A stretch of 64,000 nucleotides of DNA, taken from contig SMSO01000031.1 of assembly GCA_004764695.1 (NCBI GenBank), forward strand, positions 2,332,436 through 2,396,435, in the 5' to 3' direction. Shown in pieces: positions 12,392-22,712 of this stretch (the first letter of the stretch is position 1; the number at the start of each line of letters is the position of its first letter). The stretch comes from Schizochytrium sp. TIO01 (Eukaryota > Protista > Bigyra: Labyrinthulomycetes). The position numbers and the translations under genes were made by a program. The notes beneath the pieces are model-generated. The model was not told the origin of the DNA. It made no database searches and saw nothing but the letters and a program-made list of their open reading frames with translations.

Positions 12392-13126
12392 TTAAGCGGT
12401 TGCTTTGAGCTTTGTCTTGATCTCCTCAGCAACCTCGTCAAAATCGAGCTCACGGAGACGTTTAAAAGGACGTGGCATGCCTACGAGAGACAGCACAACG
12501 TCACCATTAACCTTGACTTCAAAGGTACCCTTACGCGGACGCGCTTCCTGTGGGTTATATAGAACCTTGGGCGCCTCGCCGCCCATCTCCCCCTTGAGCA
12601 CATCCTCCAGTTTCTTGACGCTACGTTTAAATACGCCTCACGATTTACATGCCTCTATAGCAACCTCTCCATTCTCTGAGGCGCTCTCTTGCTCCGAATT
12701 CACCTCCTCAGGCTCAGACTTCTTCGCAGATTTCTTGGCCGCGGATGTGGATTTCTTCGTCGCAGCCGTAGACTTCTTAGCAGCAGCAGCTGTGGACTTC
12801 TTAGCAGCAGCTGTGGATTTTTTTGCCGCAGCCGAGGATTTCTTGGCATCAGCCGCAGATTTTTTGGTCACGGACTTCTTAGCATCTTCATCGTTCGCAT
12901 CGTCCTTTGACTCGTCTTGCTGGATGCCAGGGATGGCACCTTTGGCTTTGTCCTTGCTCGAGGCCTTTTCCGCTTCAATAGCCTGCAGCTGTGCTTGCTC
13001 CTCCGCAGAGTCAGGCTTTGCAAGCTTCTCAGCGCGGTGGGGCTCCGAAAGGGTCTCACCAGGCCGCTTCCGAGCACGCGTGGAGCGCCGCAGCACGCGC
13101 GGCGCGTCCGATTCCTTTTCGCTCAT
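12392..13126 (-). CDS. SELENOH: Selenoprotein H homologue (Rdx/thioredoxin-like fold, CxxU), 244 aa, Sec163 encoded by in-frame TGA at 12640-12638, with a long basic N-terminal extension
   Basis: Reading through the TGA gives ...VAIEACKS-U-GVFKRSVKKLEDVLKGEMGGEAPKVLYNPQEARPRKGTFEVKVNGDVVLSLVGMPRPFKRLRELDFDEVAEEIK. This matches SelH motifs (IExCxxU/C, NPxxPRxGxFEV, MxRPF). The two track ORFs are in the same frame (36 nt between them), and a SECIS lies downstream. Confidence 0.9.
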
Positions 13127-14737
13127 TGCGATTAGGGATTTGTGGCTTTAATGTCCAAGCTTGTGATGAGTTCTACCACTCTTATAGTTTAGTATATGCA
13201 GATACTATCCCTAGAGTTGCGAGGAAGTTATGCGATGTCTGGCTTTTGTTGCCACGATAAAGAAGCACCTTTAACGTTTCACTTCTATGTGAACGCAACA
13301 AGTTTCGATACCCTTGCACTACTGGTGGAATTTCTGTCTTTGCAAGCCGAGATAAAAATAAACTCAGCTCCTGCGGAATGCGCAACCTGTATGTTTACAG
13401 ATGACAAGGAAACGTGAAACCTGTGAAAGACTGGTGAAGAGTGTCTACGACTTCCTAGGTAGTTACTACGCTAGGATGTACCTCAACTCAGTACGTTGTG
13501 TTTTGTTTCTTCAAAGGTGCGGATTGTTGTCGCACATGTGATGTGCGTGAAAGCTGCGTTGCAGATTTAAAGTGATGTTGGGTAAGGTAAAGTGGAGCAG
13601 CAAGACGAAGAGAATATGTTCCCTCTTACTAGCGCTGATTCTGATGGTTGGGGTTTATTAATTTCTAAAATATATAAAATGGCTGGTGCCCGACTGGGAC
13701 CTGGCGCAGCTCGATATCACACTTGACCCTGCGCAACAAAAGGTTTAGCGAGCTCTACCTACCTATTTACTGTCGCTACAGGTTAATTCGATTTGAGGCG
13801 GGCGGTCTAGTGGAGATATCCTTCTGGCAGCCAATATTAATTTTGAAGATTATCCCAGAGATTGATTGGATGTTTCGTCAAAGAAAAGGGAACTCAAGCA
13901 TCTGAAAAATTTAGAACTTTGCTTTGCATTGGAGCTGTGGTGTCAACAGCAGAGATACAGGGTAACTTGATCATTGACTGATCAATGCTATGGTCACTCA
14001 GAAAATCAGTGAGACGAGGCATGAAGCAGAGAATCTCATAGTCATGCCCTTAGATAATACCTAATGATTCGTGGTCAAATATGATCCCCAGGAGGGCTTG
14101 AGAATGGTTGGTTAGTTGCATACAAATATCTCTCTCTCCAATGCAGTAACCCAGATACCTCTTCTGAAATTGTATCTAATAGTCCTCTCAAAATGGGGAG
14201 AAGATGAATTCTTTCAGCCTAACGCCTCACAAATAAGCACTAATATGAAGCTATCGATTAGACGAAAGCCATTAGGAAGCTTCTTACTAATTTACAGAGA
14301 ATTTGGTCTTTCAATTAGCACGCAATTACTCTCTTCAATATACGGCTTGGCAAAGCCTATTTTTGAAAAAGAAGAAATAGGCAAGAAGATACTCAAATTA
14401 TATCGGAAATAGGGGATATTCGTATTTATTTTTTAATCTTGCGAAAGCACAGATGTTAAGAGTATTCGTCTTTAAATTCACAAAATAGGAGGAAGTAGGT
14501 AAAAAGAAAGAAAGAAAGATTAACAATGAGAAAGTTTCAATGCTGTAAAAATTGCTTTCTACGATTTGTGTTTATATGATGTGTGTAAAAAGAGTAGAGG
14601 TTCAAAGCAGCTGCCGGTCTAGTACACTACCAGAGCATTAGCTATGCTTTGGAGGGTTGTTTTTATCTCTGATAAAGTTGCCACTCGAGAGATAAGCAGC
14701 AATCGCTAAGTTTTCGCTAAACCAGTTTTGGGTAGGT

Positions 14738-17700
14738 TTATGCACGGGACTTGTTCGGCACAAGAAGATCAAATGCACCAGTTCCGGTGGTCATCAGCTG
14801 ACCAAGACACAAGCGACTGGATGCAGAAACAAGAGCATCAGTTTCACCCTCCATGGCGGCCTGCGTAAGAAAGTTTGTACTGGTCTCGAACGTCATGCGT
14901 ACAAATGGCGAGGTTGCACTTTCCATACCTCCACGGTTTAAGGCACGGTAGCCACCCTCGTAAGTCATGTAATCTGCAACGAGACCCAAGTGCCTCTCAT
15001 CGACACCAATACCGTAGACGCCGAAGACACCCTTTACCTCACGCATAATAGCACCACGAGCAGCCTCTACACCATAAGTATGCAGCCATTGGCCAACGTC
15101 GTTCGACTGGATACGGTTGACGTCAATCTTGTCTGCCAAGGACCACGCTTCAGGGAAGTTGCATCCATCCGTTTGGATCTTAATACCCTTGTCCTCGCCC
15201 TTGCCTTCAACCACGTAAGATGCTTGGATACCAGGGCGAGCACGGATCACAGATGCGCGGGAGACCTCTTCTGCAATACCGACAAGAAGAATCTTCTTGC
15301 TTGAGGCCCTGAAGCGGAGCTTGAGCTGCAGACGGGCCGGGCGCTTGCCGGATTTGCTCTCCGGAGAATACTCGGCACCCACGAAGAACTCCACGCGGTT
15401 AGCGCGGTCTGACGAATTAAGAGGGATGAAGCGGTTAGAGTTTGCTGAAGATGAGCGAGACTTACTAATGGTCACACGCTTCGCAGGCTTCTCGCCTTGA
15501 ATTGAGCCTTCCGAGTCGGACTCGCTGCCAAGCCCAGAGGTTTCAGTGGTGCGGCCTCCATGAGGAGCAGAGCTTCCAGACACAACAGAGTTATCAGAGT
15601 CGTTGTCGCTGCCAGATCCCTCTTCTTCGGAGTCATCATCGTAGCCATCCACCTCCTTCTTACGACCAAGTCGTAGGGTATCATTCTCACCACGCTCTCC
15701 GGCGCCATCAGCTTCAGCTTCTTCCTCCTTCTCGTCAGCTTCGTCGTCATCATCGCTACTGTCGTCATTCGAACGAATGCGGACCGGTCCCTTCTTCTCT
15801 TCAGTCTCCTTGTCGTCATCTTCAAGTTCAGCTTCGCCATCGTCGTCTTCAGCAGTCTGAGCGCGTCCTCCGCCGATCTTCTTGCCCTTGGTGCCTTCTT
15901 CGACAGCCTTCTTAGCCTTGCTCACAGTTGCCGCAACGCGACGCATCTCTCTGCTCACAGCGGTGGTAAGCTTGGGTGCAAACTCGACACCAAACATTCT
16001 TGCAATTGTTTCCATGTCAAGACCAAATTCCTCGGCAATTCCGCCCATGGGTTGCAAGCGCATGGTCAGAGTGTACTCTCTGAACCATTCTCCAGAACCC
16101 TTTTCGGAGCGGGACAACTCAGCTGCCTCACTTCCATAAGCAAAGAGACCAGTGTTACCGGACCTTCTGCAGAGAGATTCGCGCACTTCGATACCGCCCT
16201 TGGAGCGCAGGAGCTCGGACAATTTCACACGGTAGAGACTGGCCTTAATGGCCTCTGCTTCAGACTTGGTAGCAGAGTCTTGCATGGGCATGGTCATGGA
16301 AGGGGTTTTGATGTTCTGAGAAGCTGTCATCAGCAACTCACGCAAACGAGGGATACCAAGTGTCACATTGCCAGCACCGTGGCCAGCAAGATGGAATGTG
16401 TTGAGAGTCATCTGTGTACTGGGCTCTCCAATACTTGTGGCGGCAATCACACCGACGTTTTCACCAGGGGCACACAAGGATCGAAGGTACTTGGTATACA
16501 CAAGGTTGCGAAGCTGTTCAGCATCCTGTGCGGTTTGAAGCAACTTGCCAGGGTTCTTCGCGAGGAATTTGTCGACCTTCTCTTGCAGGCGCTCCGAGAT
16601 TGAACCGAGGTACATGTCAGGAGACAGCTGAGACATTACGGGGTCTGGCATACGGCCAAACACCATTTGGGTTCGCTCTGTGGTGAGCGGAATCCGCAAG
16701 ACTTTGCCATCGCTGGCAAAGCGAACATCAACACAATTCAACTTCTTGTGCGTCTTAACGATCATACCACGGCAAAGACCTGGCTGGTACGCTGATTCGT
16801 CCAATTCAACTTCGCCAAAGGTTGCATGCTTGGGGCGACGCGCGAGCACCTCACCGTTGGCAAAGAGGGGAATCTGGTCGCCACCTGCACGTGCGGACTT
16901 ATCGAGTGTGCGCTGTACACGGGTGTTCCATGCCTGGGCTTCGTTAAAGTCAATTCCTTTATCTTTACCAGAAGGAGCATTGAGGTTCAACTCGCTCGTA
17001 CCAGCACCCATGCGGAGGCGCTTCAGAAGTGCCTTGGCGTTAGAGTGAATGAAGCCAAGGGTGAAGTCGTCACCATGCAGGAAACTTGTGTTAATAGCAT
17101 CAAGGCCATCGCCACCATATGTGAACTGGATAACACCACCGTCGTCCTGACGCACAGTCCGGTCATAACTCACGCTGAGGTTTTCCAAGTGCTTTACAAG
17201 ACAACGCTGCAGATAACCAGAACGAGCAGTCTTCACAGCAGTATCAATCAAACCTTCACGACCGGCCATGCAGTGAAAGTAGTACTCTTGGGGGCGGACA
17301 CCAGTTAAGAAACGATCACTAACGTATCCACCGGCACGGGGGGTGGGGTCGAAGGCAGAGAAACAAGGAAGAGATTTTCCCGCAATTGTGCGCGGCACAC
17401 GGCGACCTTCAAGGGCCTGCTGGCCCAAAGCACACGAAACTTGCGAGTGGTTAACCAATGAACCCTTAGCACCGGTAAAGACCATCAAGGAGAAACAGTT
17501 AGCCGGGAAAGGCTTACGCTGACCCTGCGGCAGACATGCCTTGATAATCTCTGAGGTAATCTCGCTTGTGACACCCTGCATAGCAGAATCCAAGAGAGCT
17601 TCGTCGTCAGGGCTGTTTGCCTCGGAGCGAAGGCGGTTCTCGAGAGCAAGTGCAACCTGCTCGTTAGAAATACCCTTGCGTTCATCTTCATCAAGACCAG

Positions 17701-17889
17701 CAAATTCAGCCGAAAGCTCGACACCACGAGCAGCTGAGGCCGCAATACGACCTGTGCGGAAAGCCTCCGCGTCACGGTTGAGGATAAGATCCTCAATGGC
17801 ACAAGTGTGGCCCCACTTCTGAGCACAGTAGGTAAACAAGCGTCCAAAGGAGGACAGAAGTTCACCAGCGGCATTGGGTCCGTACAATT
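14738..17889 (-). CDS. POLR1A: RNA polymerase I largest subunit (RPA190/A190), exon 2
   Basis: Bridge-helix region FHCMAGREGLIDTAVKTARSGYLQRCLVKHLE; trigger loop SIGEPSTQMTLNTFHLAG and NVTLGIPRLRE; Pol I-type acidic expander; C-terminal MTFET and GTGAFDL; no Pol II CTD. Acceptor ttccgcag| at 17890. Confidence 0.95.
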
Positions 17890-18426
17890 CTGCGGAAATT
17901 CATTTCAATCGGAAAACCGAAAAACATGAGTTAGTTTTCGTGTTTGCTGGGATTTCATATGTATAAAATCATGCCCCCTCGCTCACCCACCCACCCACTC
18001 GCAATCGATACGTTATCTTGTGCTTATTACTACAAATACCAATTTGAATTGTCAGCCAAAGGGGCACAATCGCTCGCGAATGTCCAGCGCGCGACGCTCG
18101 AAGCACAAGGCTACAAGCATATGTGTCCACAACGGTTGTCTTGCGGATTTATATTTGGACATCTGAAAAAGAACCATTCATTGAACCGAGGTTCTCGATG
18201 GGCCATCCCTTGTGTCCAAACTGGTTACATATCCTTTAGAATAGTTCCCAGATTTTGATTTACATGCATCTTTCTTCCTCCTCCTCCTCCCCCCTTGTTA
18301 CTTGAAGAATTAATAAATATATTCAAATGTTTCTTCGCGTTCACAATTTTTTCCTGCTTGCTGACTACATTAGCAAGCTATAGCCATTCAACATGGAACA
18401 CGTAAGGCATACTAAATGAAACGTAC
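17890..18426 (-). other. 537-nt phase-1 GT-AG intron of POLR1A
   Basis: Donor G|GTACGT at 18427/18426, branch-like ACTAAC near 17930, acceptor CAG at 17892-17890. Splicing restores conserved HSVY-E-LYGP and gives a 1959-aa protein. Confidence 0.9.
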
Positions 18427-21154
18427 CATAGACGGAGTGCACCACACCGTGTTTAGAAGCACCAAATTGAGCCTTGTCAAGAATACCCGTGCAAAGCTCA
18501 CCCTTGCGGAAAATGACCCGAGTTTGACCAAGAGGGCCAGACTCGTCACCAACGAGCTCACAAGCGAGACGCTCCTGAATGCCCATATCCTCAAATTTGG
18601 GTTCAGGGTAGACCTTCCATGCATTAGCAGGAGTCTTAGTTTTACCAGGGCCCATGGTAAGAAGCTGGTCCGGATCACTGGAACCTACAAGGTGCATGAG
18701 AATCGTGGAAATCACCTGTTTACCACTCCACATAGGCTTGGGCTTGAGGATGCAAGGAGGCAGCAACTTGATTTCTGGGGCGCGGGACTTCATAGCGCTA
18801 CAAGCCTCTACGAGCATCTGGACGTACTCCTCACGTGTGAGGAAAGTGTTTTGCTTGGTGAGCATGACTCCCATATCAACATGATCCTGAATGAGACCAC
18901 GAAGCGGTTCTCCATCAGTAGCAGAGCAATACTGATGATTAGTGTACGCCACCTCGTATGCCTCGGCACGGCAAAGCTCTGATTGTGGCAAGTGCAAGTT
19001 AATCTCGTCACCATCAAAATCGGCGTTGTACGAGTTACAGTTTGCGTAATGCATACGAATAGTCTGCATCACTGGGTTGTTGATCACACGAACCTTGTGG
19101 GCCATGAGTGAGGGCTTGTGCAAGGTTGGCTGACGGTTGGCAAGCATGACATCACCAGACCTTACGTGGCGCCACACCTTCATCTGGTTACGGAGTGAGA
19201 GGGGTGCATGAGCTCTGTTGTTCTCCTGTTGGAACAGGCCGTCATCGTTGAGAGATCGAAAGCGCGAAGCTCGAACCTGAACATCTTCGGCAAGCTTCAT
19301 GGCATGAAGATCACGGATTTTATCCGCAAGCTCCTCACGTTGCCGGTCTGTGCGTCGCGAGAGATCGATCAAGCGTCCGGTCTCGTCTTCAAGGAAGGCT
19401 GCGCCAGGGTAGTGCTCCATGCCGTTCTGCACCATTTTGGCAAGCTCCTCTACGTTGTAGCTGGTCACAGGCTCCCGGTAGTGTAGTTTGCGAGCAAATC
19501 TTACGGGAAGGCCAATTTCATCTGTGCCAATGTACGGGTCTGGCGAGATAACGGATCGTGCTGCGAAGTTGACACGTTTTCCCATCATGTTTTGCCGGAA
19601 AAGTCCTTGCTTTTTCTCAAGTCCCTGTCGAACTCCGGGTTGTGGGTCTCTTGAGAGTGACTTTGAGGAATCAAGGAAGGTGTTGACGCTATCCTGGAGC
19701 ACAACCCATTGGTTCAATGCAAGCGTAAGTGTATCGCTCTTGAGCCTTCCGAGGTTCTGAGCGCCTCCAGAGCTCTTTGAACCTGACTTAAAGTGGCTGT
19801 TCAGAATGGCTGCATCCTCATCATCAGATGAGTCCTCGGAGTTGTCTCTGTTTTTCTTGGCTTCTTCCTCTTCGTCATCTGAAAAGATGAGTCTCAAGTT
19901 CTCATCGGCCTTTAAGATCGTGCTGAGTGCAGTGTTCTGCGAGTGCTCGAAGGTGGCTTCTCCCATGCGCGCAGGAGGCCGGAATCTCGAAGGAGGCACT
20001 GCGATAGTTTGGCAGAAGAAGGCTTCAAAACCCTGAGGATTAAGGCCACCTCGAACACGGCACCAAATACGGCTAACTAAAGCTGTCTCAGCACGCCACA
20101 GTGCTCGCAATTGCTCCTGAACCTCGAGTGGGTGCACATAAACCTCTCCGGAAGGCTCCGCGGAAGCGTTTGCAGATGCAGCGGGAGTTGACATTCCTGG
20201 AGTTGTAGCAGCCGTCGCGGGAGCTGAGTTGGAGCTCGTCTCAGTTTTGACATTGGTCTGCTTCTCAGCATCAGTCATCTCGTCGTCGCTGCTGCTGCTG
20301 TTTCCATCAACGTCATCGTCGTCATCGTGAGAGCTGACGACTTCCTCAACACGGCGGACCGCAGGGGTACTACCACGCTTGGTGTTGACGCGGAAAATCT
20401 TGGTGTAGCCGTCCTTGCGGTACTTGGGTACAGGAACTCTGCACGAGTGGCACTGTGAAGGTTGGATTTTCATAAAGTCCTTGACCACCTGCCTCCAGAG
20501 CGTGCGCGACTGCATGTGCATCTGGACGTGAGGTCTGCGCCTGTTCTCTCCGTGAAGAGACTGCGAGGCCAACATTGCTGCATTAAGTGCCTCCTGTGCC
20601 GCTGTCTCGTGCTTAGCCAAAATACGATCCATGTGAGCCATTTTGTCACTCACAGCTTCTTTGCGCTTCGAGCTTCCAAAGACACCGATGCCGTTCAGCT
20701 CGGCATCGAGGTTGCTAGCCTCCTCATACAAGTTGGCTTCGAGCAGCAGAAGTTTCACGCGAACCACACGAACCTGATGTCTAGCTAATCTAAAGTGCTT
20801 GCAGAGAGGGCACATCATCTTGAGTAGCTTAAACATCGTCTGGAATAAGAGAGGGTTGTACACCGGTACACAGAGCTCGATGTGGCCAAGATGTCCAGGA
20901 CATTGTTGGTTATCGAGACCGCATGTGGGGCACTTTCCATGCTCTCTTTCGGTGGGTCCGAGAGCAAGATCATAGAGACCGCCCTCAATAGGGTTGTTCA
21001 GGGCATCGTAAGAGACAGGGCTAGTGATGCGCTTCACACTAAGGCTGCGGAGCTCTTCACCGGAGTAGAAACCAAAGGCCACCTCGGTGGGCTCCTGAAG
21101 CATCGCGAAGTGGCCCGACATGGACTGATCAGGAATTTCGCTTGAGAATGACAT
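18427..21154 (-). CDS. POLR1A: RNA polymerase I largest subunit, exon 1
   Basis: N-terminal Zn site CPTC...CPGHLGHIEL; GLFRQNMMGKRVNFAARSVISPDP; NRQPTLHKPS; catalytic YNADFDGDE. GGLYDLALGP and MHYANC are Pol I-type signatures. Confidence 0.95.
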
Positions 21155-22712
21155 TCTGGCAAAAGTTTAATCAATCAACTTCGAGTCCAGAGATATTTAT
21201 GTCCGTGCAGCGGAACGGATGATGCCCGCGCCTCTCGAATGCAAGATCTATTTCTTTGCAACAAGGATCGAGGGCTCGGCTCCTAAGCCTGCCTCCGACC
21301 AGTGGAGAATTTCCTAGCTTCGAGGCCGCCTCCTCGAGGCCTCACGCCACTCGGCCCGGGCGTAGCGGTCGCTCCGAAAGGTGAGCGCTCCGCCGAGACG
21401 GGTTTGACGCCTCCGATTCTTTTGGATGGCCGCGACCAGCCAGTCAGATTTAGCTCTCTTATGTACACATTAAAGACTTATTTTGCCAAAATTGCATTTT
21501 ATAATTAAATACTAGTTGATATGGACAAAAGTCGGCGCGGAGCTGAGACCTTCATTTTTCACTGGTGCAGAGGGAAAATACATATCAATGAAATGGAGAC
21601 CTCCGTGAATTTGGTTTAAGTATTTTCGATTAGGGTGGTCTCTTTGGGCTACCAAGTGGTGTTGGGTTGCAGCGGGCGGTATGGAGAGTCTTTTGAGTTG
21701 GGCTGGTCTTGCTCAAGAAGGGAACGCAATAATGTTATGATTCAAATTGCTGTCTATATATCGTTGGAGCAGGGGACTCACAACCACTGTCAGTACACTC
21801 TACAAATGACTGGTTCTATCGAATCGAGGTCCTTATGGGAGGTATGCGGTGTTGGTAGGACTGCTGAGGAAATCTCTCGTCTCTCCCAATCAGGCGCCGT
21901 GATCAGGAGCGCCCATTTGTCAGCCTTAATGGTGCAAAGTATGCCTCAGAACTTGCAAAGATGCTGTGTGATGGCTCCTTGCACCAAGAAGCATAGTACC
22001 AAAGATCAGAAAAAGAATAAGAAGTCGTATTAATAGTAGGTTAGGTCGGTAGGTGTAGTACTATCAGTATTTGCAAGGTGTTCAAATGTCTGCAAGAAAT
22101 CAGGCGCACAACACAATGTGGTTGATGCTGGAATAGGAATAGAAATAGTAGTAGAAGTAGCAAAAGGTTAGATAGGAAATAATATGAATGGCATATGCTT
22201 GACCTGGGAATTAGATCGGGTTTAACACGCAGACCTACCACTGAGCGGCAGCCTATTCAACTTCCCCCTAAATCTTTGCTTCACTTCAGCAAATTAAACC
22301 TGCAATGCCATTGCTGGTGCTCTATAAATTACATCTCTTCATGATTCAATTCACATTGGGAGGAATGATTGATATGAGTGTATATATGTATACCTTGTAT
22401 ATCTGTCCATCTCAAAGTCTCGTACGCATGCAAGTAAGTAAGCGAGCGAGTTAGCAAGCGAACAAATAAGCAAATAAACAAAAGGGGTAGGTAAAAATCA
22501 GTGCCAGCGAGGTACGACTCGCCTTTTCAATGTAAAGGAAGCGGAGAACCGATCCTCAGCTTCCTCTCCCACATTTCAACCAAATCAAGAGGTAATTTGT
22601 ATTTGATGAAATTTGCGAGAGGTCATGGTAAGGTTCGACCTTTCTGGGTTAGGGAGACTTCAACTCGCATCCTTTGGTAGAGTTACAAAAGCTTCAGTGA
22701 CAAGAAGCGCCC

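Noticed and set aside
12621-12648. 28-nt GT..AG segment spanning the in-frame TGA (possible mini-intron), or reading SelH as a pseudogene
   Set aside because: Removing it shifts the frame and deletes the CxxU motif. The TGA sits at the expected Sec position, the rest of the frame is intact, and a SECIS is present.
12405-13151. 248-aa plus-strand ORF (AAVDFLAAA repeats)
   Set aside because: Antisense shadow of the SelH frame, with a non-ATG start and no domain. The minus strand carries the conserved motifs and the SECIS.
18045-18125. Hairpin ending in ACA within the POLR1A intron (possible H/ACA snoRNA)
   Set aside because: No correctly placed H box or convincing second hairpin, and no rRNA target that I could verify. 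It would need snoGPS or cmscan.
14738-21154. Pol I largest subunit split into two genes
   Set aside because: A canonical GT-AG intron joins the halves in frame and restores HSVYELYGP. The tail of ORF 18365..21154 below 18427 is intron read-through.
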